Positions 1 to 13,328 are shown, numbered from the stretch's first letter. The stretch is 36,269 nt of DNA from Spirogloea muscicola (GCA_009602725.1 WELB01000016.1:76192-112460); one strand, 5' to 3'. Numbers and translations are program-made. Notes: generated from the letters alone by a model not told the origin.

Positions 1-177
1 CGTTCATGCATGCTTGCAGCAGATCATTAGTGAGAGTGAATGCAGCTTAATCTTTTGGCTCAGATCTTTACTTAACCATCACTATCATCAAGTTGTCAGA
101 CTCCAGCCTGCTGAGGTGCAAGCAGAGCACAAGCTATTACTTGATCTGAAGCTGACTGAGGCAGAAGGAGGCCTCAC

Positions 178-3100
178 AGGCTCTGAGAGGAGCGGCAGGA
201 GGTTGACAGACGACTTGGTACGACTCAAGACAGCCACAAAGAGCTGGGGCGTGCGTGGGTACAGGGCAAGATGTCGCAGCCCTCGACACAGCGAGTCGAC
301 AACGTAGTCGGCATTTGCTGCAACCAGTGCACATGGCTGGATGGCAACAACACATCCATCCATGAGCTTAAGTAGAACAACAATTTTGTTAGGTGACTGA
401 GTCTATGTGTTGATAAGTGAGTTCGGCAGTATGCCCTTCCTTGCGGTTGCGGTGGCCTCTTAAGGCAAGGAAAAGTACCGAGGGGTAGCCGCAATTGACG
501 CAGATTGAGTGCAGAGCAATGCTGGCTGCCTCGCTCACAGGGCCGTGCGTGTCGCCCAGCTTGTCCAAGACAGGGTACAGTGTGCTCGCCAAAAGGGTCC
601 CAGGTGACACGAACCGCCTGCCGAGAGCTCGAGCAAACACCGCCACCCCACGCAGCAACACCTGCATCCGAGCACACCCTCTTACGAGACTGCCAGCCAA
701 GAGCTTGGCAGAAGCTTCACAAGCAATGAATGCATGTAACCAGTCAGCAAGACTCGCGACTTCTGTGTACCTGGTGGAGCAGGATGTTGGCGTCCAGGGC
801 ATGGCGGGCGGAAGTGGGGTCAAGACTACCGTCTGAGTACGGCAAGTCCCAGAGGTCCGGGTTGACAAACTCAAGCAGCACCTCCTCCACAAAAGGAAAC
901 ACGTCTGCACTCTCGCGTGCGCCGACCTTGGCTAGCTTGTCACTCCCCTCAGACTCCTCTGTCCATACCCCAGAGGCTCCATAAAGTATCTCCTCAATCA
1001 CAAGAGCCGCACTTGCAGCTGCCCGCTGAGTGCTGCCGACCTCTCTGACTTCGCCTTTGAGGTGATCTGAAGGTGCAATGTCTAAGGCTGTCGCCAAGTT
1101 GCGAGGTTGGCCGCGAAGAGAAGTGGCGCAAGTCCTCAGAGTGCGCAGAAAAGGCTCCAAGAGTGCTGAGAGTGCACTTCCAGTCGACGCAGCTGTAAGC
1201 AGGGGGAACATCAACACGCAATAGAGGGCTCAGTGAGTGCATACTGAAGAAGCTCCAGCTTGAGCAACATCACACAAGCCCGCTGACGTTAAGACCAGCT
1301 GGAGCAGCTGCACAATCTTAACACAGCCATTTCGAGTCAGAAAAGCTCATACCTTGGCCACATATACTTCCTGCCACTCGGCACACATGAGCAAGTGCCA
1401 AATATAGCTCCTCATTCTCAAAATGGCGCAGCCTGGCACGTAACTGGGAGCTGTCCAGGTCTCTGCCTTGGAGAGCAGGGTTGCACTCAACTTCTCTATC
1501 TTGCAAAATGAAGCGCGAGGACAGGAGAGTAGGTGGACCAGATAGTGCCACTGCCGCAGTGGGGACTGACAAAGTATAAGTGGCGCGAGCATGAACAAGG
1601 ACTGAGGGTGCCGTGACATCGGCAATAAGGCTTGGGCGGGTGGAGAACTCGAACACCTGTGCCATGGCACTCGAGAATAGCTCCCCTATTGGCTGCACAA
1701 AAATGAAGAAGAGTCACATGTGTTGCGAGGTAAGATCTTGTTAAAAGGGTGACGAACAGGAGGCAAATTTTATGGCTGACTTCACAAATCAGAAGAAACG
1801 AGTATTGTGTACAACTATGACACAAACTCATCGACAGCTCTCAAGCTGGTCGTGCACGCACGTACTGAGGATTTGAAGAGCAAAGATGGAAGCTGGGCAG
1901 GTCCGGTGAGTTGCATGGCAGCAGCAAGGCATCGTGCATGTAAGATGGCTGTGGCTGGATGTGCCTTTGCCGAGACTTCTGGCAAATCCGCGACAAGTCT
2001 GAGCAATTCATCCAGAGAGGAACGTCACCAAAGTGAAGACAGAAGTGCTTGTTGCTTCTGGAATTAGTCTGCAGAGGCGATGAGTCTTCTGCGCAAGACA
2101 GTAGACTGTAGGCCACCATGCTCAAGTGCAAATGCGTGTTAGTGTGACTGGCCTGCACATTGTGTCTTTGAGGATCTTGAGCTGGATGACCATGCCGTCC
2201 GAGGCTGTCCTGCCAGGACCCACCATGTCAAGTATGACTGCAGATGTCAACTGCTGCTTGGCTGCCATCGCCACTGACTGATGGCCATCACGGCTGAGGC
2301 CCAGTAGGCACTCCTGTGGACGTGAAGACAAGTCAGAGTAGCAACAGCACCTCAGTTTACAATCTCAGCACAACTGACATTTCAACAGGCAAGTACGACC
2401 TCCTTTGACACACCGCTGTGAACATGCTTGCTACAGATTATGTAAAAATTTCAGCTGCATGCTTCTTCATGTTGGTGACAAGTAGTCCAAGTCCACAGGG
2501 CGGGCTCAAGAGCGTGTTTGACCAGAAAGATGGATGAGGACGAATGGAGGACACTGGAACAGTGCAGGAGCAGCGAGCAGCACGCCTCTGCCACGGCTGT
2601 GCGAACTTCAGGCATCCTGTGGGCAGCGAGCTGATGGAAGCATCCACGCACAGGTATACCGAGGCCTTGTCAATTGGAGCAGCGTAGGGGTTTGCAAGAG
2701 TGCGATTACTATACTGGAGGCCTGCTTCTTTACTTAATGCGAGCTCTTATGCTTTTAGCAAGATCAGGTGAGGCATATGAGACAGCCTCAGCAAGACCCT
2801 CGTCTTCTTCACCACGCTGCACACAAGAGCAACCTGCCAAAGTGATAGTGCACACTGATCCTCGGTGCTGGGGGAGCATATTATGTCGGTTGGCTTCTCT
2901 CACTTTTGGGAAGGTCTTCACGATGAAGGAATGCACTTTCTTATCCACATCCTCCAGCCACTCTGCAGTCCTATCGATGCGGAGCCGTGGAAGCACTCCT
3001 CCTTTTGAGGTGTCCATCACTTCGTTGCCGCCCTCAGTCGAGGCGGTGAGTGCACCCTGGCTTGGCTTGCTGCCGGCATCTTTGCCCTCCTTGACCGCAT

Positions 3101-5438
3101 CCGACTTGGACAAGCCCCTCAACAACTGAAGCACGTCCTGGGCGCTGCGCGGCTCGTCCTGGCCCGCATCATGCTGCTTGAGGTTGTCGTCATCGTTGCA
3201 GACAATGACCAGCAAGTCTGTGAAGGCCTTGAGGGCGGTGCAGGTGCTGCTTGAGCTGGCGGCTGGTGCTGCAGGAGCGGCCGCCACCTGAGAGAGCAGA
3301 GCCTTCGCCAAGCCGCTGGCAACGCCCGGCAGGAAGAATGCCAGGGCGTCTGCTGTCTTCACCTGGCAATAGGAGAATGTCAGATGGGCATCAAACTCCC
3401 GCAGCAATGAGCGCAGGCGTACTGTATTGTGCTCAAGGCTTCCAAAGCCTGTAACAGGCCCTGCAAAATCTCCAGCACTCGACAGCAGATCCAGAGATCA
3501 ACTTGCATGTTGACATTGAGACACTTGATCTTGTCATGCCAGCGAGATTGCTGCCTGGGCTCTTAAGGAGCAATGGTTACATGTACTACAGAATACTACA
3601 CAAGTGCTTCCACTCTCGACTGAAAGTGCAGAACACGACTTTCAGTAACAGCTATACTAAGCGCGTACACACTGCAAGTGACAAGCAACAGCTATTTAAT
3701 TAAGGTCAGCAATCCCAACTTCTCGTTAGAGCAGCCAATCTTAGCCTGTACCTTGAGAATGACCTGATGCAAAGTGGCAAGAGCCTCGGACCTCAGTGTG
3801 CGGCTGCCGCGGCTGCCAACTGCCACCTCCCCACTGGCAACCTGCTCAGCTACAATTGGATAAGATGAATGCAGCAGTGCAGCCATCTTTGACACGACTG
3901 CTGCAACAATGTCAAGTGCTCAGAAATAAGGTCACTTACGTTCCTGACTCTACCTTCTAGCAGCCAACCACACCTTATGGGGATCCTTCACTTACTTGAC
4001 TACACATAAAAGTAATGAGATCTGCTGCAAAAACCTCACCCAGGTCCTATACGTGCCATGTGACACAACCAACCGAGGCCCCAACAATGCTGTTCTTTGC
4101 AGCTGGAGCACAGTGGAGCTCTGACGACCTCCAGTAAGCAGGAGCCCACTGCTTGCGTCGAGGAGTGGAGGAGCATCACCTGAAGGAGCAGAGAGAAGAG
4201 GTGGCCGACAGCCGGCGCCATCGCTTCGGTTCGCAGCGCCTCACTGGGGCAGGTCGACAGCTCTGCCGCCTCCCGGCCGCTCTGTGCAGGTGCTCTGCCA
4301 CTTTCTGGCGCCGGACAGTGGCACGCCAGCCGCGAGAGCAGCAGGCGCGTGCATCTCACTGCTCGGAGCCGGATCTCTTCGCTGGCAGCCTCCCTGGGGA
4401 GCAACGCCAGCGTGGCGAGGGCGCGCAGGAGCGTTGCGAGCTGGTGGCCGGACTGAGCGCCGCAGCGGCCGAGGAGAATCTCCAGCGCGTGGAGGGCCTC
4501 TTCGACGACCGAGTCTCCAACCCCGGAGATCTCTGGCACGGTGCCTTTGGCGGTGCGCCGGGACGCCCCCGCTTGCATCACAAGGAGGTGGAGAGGAAAC
4601 AGGACGTAGCTGCAAGCGCAAAGGTAGTGATTAGATTGTGAGATTCTTGTGGCGGCGTGATGACGATTACAGACGATTAGGGTTTCTGTGCTCAATACAA
4701 GGTGCGGCGGCCAGGTTAGGTCACTCAAATTTTCATCCATGTGTCAGAGGTTTACGCTTCGAGCTCCAGAATCAGGCTTGCATCACAACCTGCACCTTCG
4801 ACGCCGCTCCGTCTGCTGGTAAAACAGCTGACTTCGAGCTCAACCCTAACCCCTAGACCTAAACCCTGAAGTCCTAAGCTATTGGCCTTGGGCAAAAGCG
4901 AGGGAGGAGTCACGGCGCCTCTCAGTGCTTACTCCATGCAGGCCCGCAGGCCCGACTGCGGGAGCTCCCGCAGGGCCGCCGCCAGCCGCCGGAGCGCGGC
5001 CAGCTGCGGCGCGGCGNTGGCCTCGTCGTCCGCCCCCTCGCCGTCGCAACCGCCGCCGCCACCGCCGCCGTCGCCGCCGCCGCCGTCGTCGTCGTCGTGT
5101 TGGTCCTGCCGGGCCATGCGGCCGGAGGCGTCCTCAACGGCCTCTCTGGCCATGGCCAGCTCCCGCACGCGCCAGAGCAGGTCCGCCGCCTCCTCCGCCG
5201 CCGCTCCCGCCTCCGCCTCGGAGGCCGGCGGCCCGGAGCGCTGCGCCGTGGGCTCGTCTTCGGGCTCCTCCCGCTGGTGCTCCATGGCTGCCGGCGAAGC
5301 TGCGGCGCTGAGGACCTCATCCTCCTCCGCCTCCGCCGCGGCCTCCTGCTCCTGGCCGCAGAGCCAGGCGCAGTGCTGGCGCTCCCACGACGTGCCCGCC
5401 AGCGGCCCGCCCTCCTCGCCCTCGCCCTCGCTCCCCAT
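178..5438 (-). CDS. TTI1: TELO2-interacting protein 1 (TTI1) homolog, HEAT/ARM-repeat TTT-complex subunit; 3' end continues beyond the window
   Basis: Phase-consistent exons 5438-4933, 4609-4180, 3841-3752, 3362-2904, 2630-2523, 2313-2153, ~1999-1866, 1692-1353, 1192-771, 661-479, 336-178. TTI1-type motifs: D-YVLFPL, ADALAFFLPGVASGLAKAL, LYPVLDKLG...AASIAL..IC..CGYPS, LVAANADYVVDSLCRGLRHL. The acidic N-terminal extension contains a single N (5017), so the exact start is less certain. Confidence 0.88.
4842..4877. promoter_or_regulatory. Cluster of degenerate telomere-like (telo-box, AAACCCTA-type) motifs in TTI1 intron 1
   Basis: aaccctaacccctagacctaaaccctgaagtcctaa, plus an opposite-strand ttagggttt at 4677-4685 in the same intron. 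Confidence 0.4.
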
Positions 5439-5644
5439 CGCCGGCGGCCGCCGCCGCCGCGGCCGGCGGCAGCCGCCTCCGAGGCTCGCGGCTCTTCTTG
5501 AGGCACAAGGTTGCATGCAGCCTGTCGAAGTTGCTCCTCAGCAGCCTTGACTCCAGCTCACCTTGTACGTTCCTCTGGGCTGGCCTCGCACAATCATTGC
5601 CTTACATTGGTCAAGCGATTTCTTCCTCTGGGCTGGCATCTCAC

Positions 5645-5840
5645 GGCGGCCTCTTTCCCCGCAGCGAGCTACTCTGACCTGATGTTGCTCACTCGCGGGC
5701 ACTGAGCTTCCCTCTGCATCGTCTCGTAGTTCGTAGTGTAGTCCTTTATCGGCACCTCTTTCTTTGGCTTTGGACATTGTCCATCCTTTTTTGGGCTGGC
5801 TTTGCCAGCCCCTCTTCTCTATGGGCGAGCACTTTCTTCT
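5645..5840 (+). mobile_element. 5'-truncated RLE-type non-LTR retrotransposon, family E
   Basis: Encodes ...SFPAASYSDLMLLTRGH-stop (5705), homologous to SFPAASLSDGRLLTRKY-stop at 26763. Has the 3' hairpin GGGCTGGC-TTT-GCCAGCCC and a (CTT)n tail. TSD TCTCAC at 5639-5644 and 5841-5846. Confidence 0.8.
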
Positions 5841-6290
5841 TCTCACAGCCATCGCCCTCGACTGGTAGATAGTGTCTCTCAAAGGGGGCGAGGGCTGTGA
5901 ACAGCCAGCCCGAAAAGAATCGACTGGAAGAGTCCATCTTCTCTCACAACCATTGCCTGACTTTGAGAGGAGCTGTTTCTTCACCTCAGAATTGCAGACT
6001 ACGTGCTGCCTCCTGACTTTGTCAATCCTCGCCCCCTTTGGCAGAGCTCCTTCTCGTACTCGTCCATTTCGTGGACTGACCCTTCACTTTGTCCATTCTT
6101 CTATGGGCTGGCCTTCCACAGCCACTGCCTTAAAGTGGAAGAGCTGTTGCTTCACAAGGTGGCTGCTTTCTGGCTCCTAGCCATTCTGCCGCTGCTAACT
6201 AGGTGGTACTTGCATAGCCATGTGATTCCGTGTTCCCGGCCACTTCTACCCGTGTCGAACCCTCGGCCCCTTTGGAAGAGCTTACATTTT
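5841..6290. repeat. Cluster of further short 3'-end copies of the RLE element group (both orientations)
   Basis: Minus-strand unit at ~5870-5927, plus-strand units at ~6085-6146 and ~6260-6281 (CCCTCGGCCCCTTTGGAAGAGC), and a C-terminal remnant ...LLTRWY at ~6190-6210. Confidence 0.65.
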
Positions 6291-6999
6291 GCACAGCTCG
6301 TCCGTGTGTAGTAGCCAAATTTGATAGGAGCTGCTTCTTCCTGTTTAGCCCTGACCTGACCTGTTAGCCCAGGGCTTTACTGTGAAGCCCCAATCTTTGC
6401 ACAACATACTTCAGTCTATTAGGTGTGTACCTGCTCATTCCTGGGTATCAGAGTCCTCCATACTTATTTCTTTTGTATTTAGCCCTCTTGCCCTTAATTT
6501 AGCAGACCGTGTAATGGCTTACTTTAGCCTTCCTTCCATTCATATCCCATTCGTCTTCGCAGTGGGAAGTCAGATGAGCTGAAGGCACAAAAGGCAGATG
6601 GTGATTCTAGCGGACAATGCACCCAGTAGTTGATAGCATCTACAACAACAACTGCAGCATCAATACGTTCACTCATTATGAGTCACAGTGCATTACAAGC
6701 TTCTTTCCATGCATAGAGATCCAAAAGTAGCTTACAGTACAAGCATTTGTCTCTTCTCTTGTAACACCAGTACATAATGACAGCCTTGCCATGAGGAGTC
6801 CACTCCTTCACAAACTCGTAATGCACACTCTATTGTAAAATACACTGGACACCATGTGGGTTGATAATGGGGGACGGAGGTTGTAACAGGGACGTGTAAT
6901 GCACTCCAGCAAGTGAGGTCCGAGTTCACTCACGCAGAATCTGCTCCTCCTTGACTAGATATTAATCGAGCTTGCTGGCCAGAAGCCTGGCAGAGCACT

Positions 7000-9662
7000 C
7001 TAAACAATCTTCTGGGGCTTCACACTGCCCCTCTCGAATGTCATCCACTCCTTCTTGTCAGGGTCAAAAAGATTGCATTGGTTCACGATTGTGGACATGA
7101 GGGGCAGCCCAAAGGTTGCCTTATTCAGGTACTTGTTCCAGTTCTTTTCAATGGCGTCGTAGGCCAGCCGCAAGTTGTAGGATGGAATCTTGGTTGACAA
7201 ATGGTGTGGAATGTGCACGCTAATGTCGTGGCACAGGACCTCAATCCTGAATTGAAGTCAAACCGAAACAATCATCAGTAAGCTCACAATCAAAGACGAC
7301 TTGGACATGCAGTTGAAGTATGTGAGCAATCAATTATCCAAGGATGTCATCATGTGATACATTCACCATATACAACATTCGCAGGACGGACTCACCACTT
7401 GGGGTACTCGCAGTGCACTGTGCCACCAAGCTGCGCCTTGACCAACTCCCACTCGCGTGCATTCTTGAAGGGAATGTGGGGAGCAGTGTGGTGTACGAGG
7501 GTGAAGGTGCTCATCCAGAAGTGAAATCCCAGGAAGGGAATGCCCCACCACTTGACGAAGCCAACTGGGCCAGTTGTGATCAACAGTGGCAACAAAGCAA
7601 AGGCAGCAAACGCGCCAATAGCTGCCCAGGAGACTAGGACCTTGGGCTGCTCTTGAGGGCGGAACTTGTTCAAGTCAAAGTGCCACATGAGCCAGTGGCC
7701 CACTGATGCTATCCACCATGTAGGTCCCATGGCAGTGCGCATCAAAGTCTTCGCAACCGGTCCACTCCTTCTGTACATTCTCGGAGTGAACGGTTGCCAG
7801 GCAGTGTCGATAAGAAGCCTGCGCATGGACGGTCCAGAGACACCTCTCGCGTCAATCAATTGCAGGCTTGCACTGACGGCACTGTCAACCAGTATTGCAC
7901 AGCCATTTCCAATGGTTGCAAGATGAAAAATTTGCATGCGGAGTAAGATGTCTGATGTGATGTCAGTGCAGGTCGTAACATGGTGCTCACTTGTTTGTGT
8001 GTGAGTGGTGGGTGTTGTGCTTGATTCTCCACGGCTCAAAGGGATAGACGAGGGGAGCGAAGACGATAGTGCCCACCACATCATTTACCAACTGAGATCT
8101 TGAGAATGAGTTGTGGCCACAGTCATGGCCTATGACGAAGAGGCCAGTGACAGCAGCGCTCATGTATGCATATACCAAGGGGTACAGGTACCACGGGGCG
8201 ACCGCAAGCGCAGCATAACCGAGTGCAACGGCACCAAACGTCGTGACCACACTTCGGAAGGCCTTGAGGTCATTCACCTCAAAAGCCTGCAATCAACGAT
8301 TTAGGTTTAACTTTGAGATGCCTGACATATTTCAACTTACACACGAGATGTGAGCTACATGAGTTAACAAACTAAAAATTACCATTGTTGGCTGCAAAAC
8401 GCTCCCTGCAATCAGTACAATCACCATTGCCTGAATCAAAGCAACAACTGTTATAGTGCGCCAGCACAATGCTGAGTTACCTCTTTTGGAATTGTCTTAA
8501 GGACATCACTCATCGAGATGCCATCAGGCACCTGCCAGCAGGCAACAATTCGGGATCACAAATTTGACAAGCATATTCTCCAGGTTTGCATACTTTTGAA
8601 AGAAAGGTCCTCATATCATGATGATGTCGCCTCTTCTCGCCAGCTGATTTTTACATGCAACAGAGACAACCCTGACAAGCTACTCAGTGGCATCCATCTA
8701 TTGCTCGTGCGAAGCTGCAAGCACCTCCTCCCCAATCTGTGTGAACCCGGGAATCTGTGTGGTGGTTACTGCAGGCACTGCCACAGCTGTTGTCACCAGT
8801 CGCTCAGCCCTCAGGCTCTGTACCTGGCACAACATAAGAAAAACTTAGGCATATTGAGTCTATGCAGCTCAAAAAGTGTGTTGAATTTTGCCTGTTGAAA
8901 TCTAGGCTTGGCCTGGCCCACAATGCCTCCCATTAGCTGAAGGAGGAGTCTAGGCGGGGGGTTTGGTCTTTGCTATTGTGGAAGAAGAAATTGGTTATTT
9001 CAATTGAACTGAGCTGAAGAAATGATATTGTTGCATGCCAACAGCAGCAATACAACTTGCGGCCTACTGACAAAATTGACCTATATAGATGTCAATAATT
9101 TCAATAAGCAACGGGATAGCAGGCTAGTGACTGCAATCTGATGAAGTCCAGGCTGCACTATAGCACTTCTTGTGATACACCACATAAGAATACATGGAAC
9201 AACAAAGGGGTCACACTCACTGGCAAAGGAGTGAGGCCCCGCAGGCAAGCGCCCCGGAAAGAGGACCTTCGCACAGAAACCTTGGGGACATTCCTTGTGG
9301 CCTCTGTCTGCGTAGCACCAACCTACTCAACAAAAAACAAATAGGTGTTTGAGCTGTCAATGACGTCGGCGCTTGGTGCAAAGCAGCAGTTATGGGCTCA
9401 AGCTACTGACAGTCGCATGTCCTGAAGTATCTGTAGTACCCATTCACATATTACAGACCCCCACCTCGACTCCATCATTCTAATTCTGCTCAATGCATGC
9501 TCGAGCAGAGCATCCATCTGTCATGCCCACACCAAGCGTCCAGCACACAATGTTCCACCGTTGCCCATCGGTCGCCTGGATCAAGGCAGCGGTGAGCACC
9601 TGCGCTGAAGCAGGTGCCCGCAGAAGCGTCCCCGTGCGCGCGGCGGCGCAGGCTGCCGCCAT
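7000..9662 (-). CDS. FAD6: Plastid omega-6 fatty acid desaturase
   Basis: Exons 9662-9600, 9322-9221, 8823-8725, 8531-8481, 8286-7991, 7818-7396, 7246-7000, all GT-AG and in phase. His boxes HDCGH, HNTHH and HIPHH. FAD6-type [20 protein letters not shown] and IPSYNLR. Ala/Arg/Ser-rich transit peptide. Confidence 0.95.
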
Positions 9663-10549
9663 GGTGACAACGCAGCCTCCCCGCGGCCCTGCGGCCCCGT
9701 GAAGCAGGCGGGCGAGCCCTTGCGCTGACCGACTCGGCCCGACGGCGCGAGGCGCTGCTGGCCGAAGGCGCTGGCGGCGGCGGGCAGAGGGCGAAGGCGG
9801 CTGCCGTGGAGCGAAGAAAGCTATGGTGGTCTCCGAGGAAGGAATGGGGGGGAGTGGGCGAACGAACGGGCACAAGGGTTTCAGTATTGCTCGGCGGAAA
9901 ATAATAGGTAGTCAAGACAGGCGGCTGGAAAGGCGCGGACCCCGCATTTGGAACACATTTTTGCACCCCGGCTGGTAAGAGCTGTGAGGGGGGCCGAGCT
10001 GCGGCGGGGCTTTCGAGCACGGATTTGTGCGGGGGAGCGAGCGGCCACGGCGCGTCCCTGCGCCCGCCCGACGCCTCGCCCGACGCCGGGCGCCTCCCCG
10101 GCGCCGGCACGCCCGGCGGATCGGCCCGACGNTGCGGCGCCCCGCCGACGACCGCGACAGTTGCCCGCGGCGGCGAGCCCGCCCCTCCTCGGGCCGCTCC
10201 CGGCGCCACGCTGGCGGCTCTGGACCGGCCCCTGGCGGCGCCACGTCTGCAAGCGCCCGCCAATGAGCGCCCGCCGACAGTTGCTGCCCGATTCGATCAC
10301 GGAAGTGATTTAGATGGGCCCGCCCGCGCCGCCTCTTTCGCGCCCGAGGTGGTCCACGCGGGGCAGCTAATGGGCAGCCGCCGCGTCGCTGCCCCCTTCC
10401 CCGAGGCAGTGGCCCGGAGGCCCTCCTGCGCACCCGACGTCAGAGCGGCCATTGGCGCCAACTGGCGCAGCATGTGGGGACGCTGCAGATTAAGCGAGAG
10501 CCGCATGATGATGATGTGAACGAGCCTCCCGGCCACGAACCCTAGGTTA

Positions 10550-11260
10550 AGCAGCTCTTCAATGGGACTAAAGCCGCGGGCAAGAGGAGACCACACTGGT
10601 CTCCCTCTCCATGAGAATCAGTGTCCGTGAGAAGAATTCCAAGGAGGCAATTTGCTGCAAAAGGCCAGCTAAAACAGAATGGACAGGTCGAAATGGAATG
10701 CTGCCTGAGTTGGAGAGAGGCTCTTCCAACAAGCAAGCGGTGCCTGTGAGCGACCTGGCCCAAAAAACTGCTCAAATGGATGGGCTGCTTCTTCTTTGTG
10801 GACTTGATAATCACGAGCCTGCTGTCTCAGACAGACACGCGAGGAAGGTAAAGTTCGTGTATTTGAAACGAACGAAGGCCAAATGGCCAAAGGAAGGGGG
10901 GGGGGGTGAAGTGGGAGAGGGGGAGAAGGACAGACAGGAGAGAGGGAGAGATGGGGAGAGGGATAGAGCGAGAGATAGAAACGCGAGAGTGCAAGCGAGA
11001 GCGAGAGCGAGAGCGACAGCGAGACGGGAGATAGAGATTGACCTTCAGGCCCCTGAACATGATTCCCTCCTGAAAGAGGCAGTGGCTGTGAGGAGCCAAA
11101 ACAGAAGGAAGGACATCCGACTTGCAGCTGCTGACGAGGTAAAATTGAGCAGGCATCCTTAGTGTTCTCTATGCTTTTCCTCTCCTTTGGGACCTTATTC
11201 ACTCTTTCGTGGGCCGGCTTTACGAGACCTCACTTCCTGCAAAGAGCTGCTTCTTTCTCT
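10550..11260. repeat. Degenerate RLE-element 3'-end copies upstream of FAD6
   Basis: Family B terminus on the minus strand at 10855-10890 (tcgtgtatttgaaacgaacgaaggccaaatggccaa, nearly identical to 14112-14147). Tail motifs gctcttc at ~10554 and ~10720. Hairpin-like units at ~10653-10688, ~11075-11100 and ~11190-11250. Confidence 0.6.
10891..11038. repeat. Purine-rich (GA)n/(GAGAGC)n microsatellite
   Basis: G-run followed by gagagggagag...gcgagagcgagagcgagagcg. Confidence 0.8.
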
Positions 11261-11964
11261 CTTAAGTTGGTATTTCAAATAGACCTCGGCCCCTTTATAG
11301 GAAGTGCTTCTCCTTGGGCTCGCCTTCTTCGGCGATTGCTTTCCTGTGGTACAAATTTTGCTTTCAACTGTCGTGCGTGTATCACCCATCCGCTGTTGCC
11401 TTGGGCGGCGACGACGGCCAGCTCCGGCAATTGCCCACAGCCTCCATGGCCTTGGCCTGCGCCTTCGCCTGCCGTAGACAACGGCCTTTGCTTGTGCATC
11501 TCATCTGCAAAAATTAGTACACGTTGGCTCAGCTTGGCCTCCCTTCCATGTCATGCCCACCGGTGCCTTCTCTCTTTCTGCTGACTCAGGTCGTTGCTTT
11601 GCTGGCTGCAAGGGAGAAGCCTCTTCCTCTTCCCCATCTGCTGTAGCAGGGGCCACCTGTCGGGAGGGTGATTGTGATCCTTCTCCCTGATGTCATTGCT
11701 ACTGTTTCGAAGCTCCCTGCGATAAATTTGGAGCGAGCCGAGTCTAATGGGCTCCTACAAAATGCTTTGATGTGCTGATGGTCTTGTGATGGACAGGGGT
11801 GCTGGTCCAGCAGCTTTGTTCTGCGTAGTTCACGAGTCTCTCCACTACCACGCTGCTGTCAAGCCAAGCACACAAGTGCTGACTGCTGTGATGGACTCTC
11901 CGGTCACAAAGACGAGATCAGGTGGGACCATGTAACTGGGGACCTCAGTAGGAGATCCCGGTGT

Positions 11965-12879
11965 CTAAGATGCTGTGCGCCCTACATGAACAGTCAGGCT
12001 GGGACCAGGCAAATTTGTGGCTGCGTGCAATGCGGACGGCTCAAAGAGCCCCAGCATCTGCCCGTCCGGAGCCCTCAAGGCCGCTATCTGGCACCAGGAG
12101 CGACGTGCGGTCAGCAGCGTTGCCCAGTGTAAACCGCATAATTTGATTTCCTGACATGCTTGCCTGTGCTGGACTGCCAACTCGATGCCTTCTGCTTGGG
12201 CCCATGCAAAGCTTGTGGCTACTGTCTCGCTTCAGGATGGACGGATGACCTTTCGGTGGAAGAAGGCGGCCTCTATGGGCCGCATTAGTGCAGCAGGCCT
12301 TGCACCTAGCAGCCCCACAATACTTGACATGGCTGCACATCTGGTAGCTGTGAGTTGGGCCTGCCGCATGTCGCTGTCCCTGTTTTCCTCCTGCTCAGTG
12401 TCCTGTCGGGTTGCTTGGAATATCTGAGGTGCGAAGCGAGGGGTCGACGCAGTACCTTGCCATGTGGCCGGTATTTGATGGGCCCGTCAAGATTGGCGCC
12501 CAGGGAGAGGAGTCTTGTCACGGTCGCGTCCAGGTCGTCAACGTCAAAGTGGAGGAACGGGGTGTACCCCGTCGTGACTGGCGCCTCCCTGCTCGCGACA
12601 AGGCAAGATGAAGCACAATTCTTCAAATGGTGCCGGCAAATTGCTGCGGCGGTGGCTTTTGCAATTGTGTGTTGTAGCTGATCAGAATCTGAACACAGGT
12701 GGCGGCAATGGGGCGCACCCATCCACCTGCTTGATAGTGAGCTTGACGTCGCCCGACTGCAGCTCCGCGAAGCGCTCGGTGCAGACGTTGACGGCCAGCC
12801 CCAGCCCGTCGCGATAGAACTGCACGCCCCTCGGCACGTCCCGCTGCAGCATCATGACGCACCGTAGCAGCGCCGCCAT
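11965..12879 (-). CDS. Small glyoxalase/bleomycin-resistance (VOC fold) family protein
   Basis: Exons 12879-12719, 12588-12456, 12087-11965 in phase. Protein MAALLRCVMMLQRDVPRGVQFYRDGLGL...FLHFDVDDLDATVTRLLSLGANLDGPIKYRPHGK-IAALRAPDGQMLGLFEP, with the FY..GLG, F.V.DLD and PDG..L.L.E VOC motifs. Confidence 0.9.
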
Positions 12880-13328
12880 GGCCCGCGCCCCAATCGACGC
12901 TGGTTGCGGCCAAGGCGGACCCCTCCAAACGCGGCACTCAGCAAAGCAGGATGAGACGGAGCACCGGGCTCGGCATAGGTGCTCTGCCGGCGCTCGTGCG
13001 GCAGCAAAAGGGCCAAGCTCGCAGGACGGCGGCCGCACAATGGCGACACAAAGCCGGTGCTCAGCGGAGCCCCCCCTTGACACGTGAAGGGGGCACGCCG
13101 GCGGGCCCGCGGGCCTCCCCGACCGCCGCCGCCTCCGCCGCGGCGGTGGTGGTTCTCAGGATTGGGGTCTTGGAAAGAGAAACTTGAGAGTACGGAGGAA
13201 TGGAAGGCCAAAGTGGCCGAGTACAACGGCAAGCACATCTGATGACGTACAGAATCCACTGCAAAATTGACCTGCTCATTGACCAAGGCAAGGGTCCCAA
13301 GCTCACAGCCCTCGCTGGAGAGCCACTT

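Noticed and set aside
9880..10520. Overlapping GC-rich ORFs upstream of FAD6
   Set aside because: Low-complexity Arg/Ala/Pro/Gly frames caused by stop-codon scarcity, with no domain or splice support.
10611..11202. 183-aa and 177-aa ORFs
   Set aside because: They are translations of the GA microsatellite and repeat fragments.
13238..13275. CTGATGA as a hammerhead ribozyme core
   Set aside because: No correctly placed GAAA or flanking stems were found.
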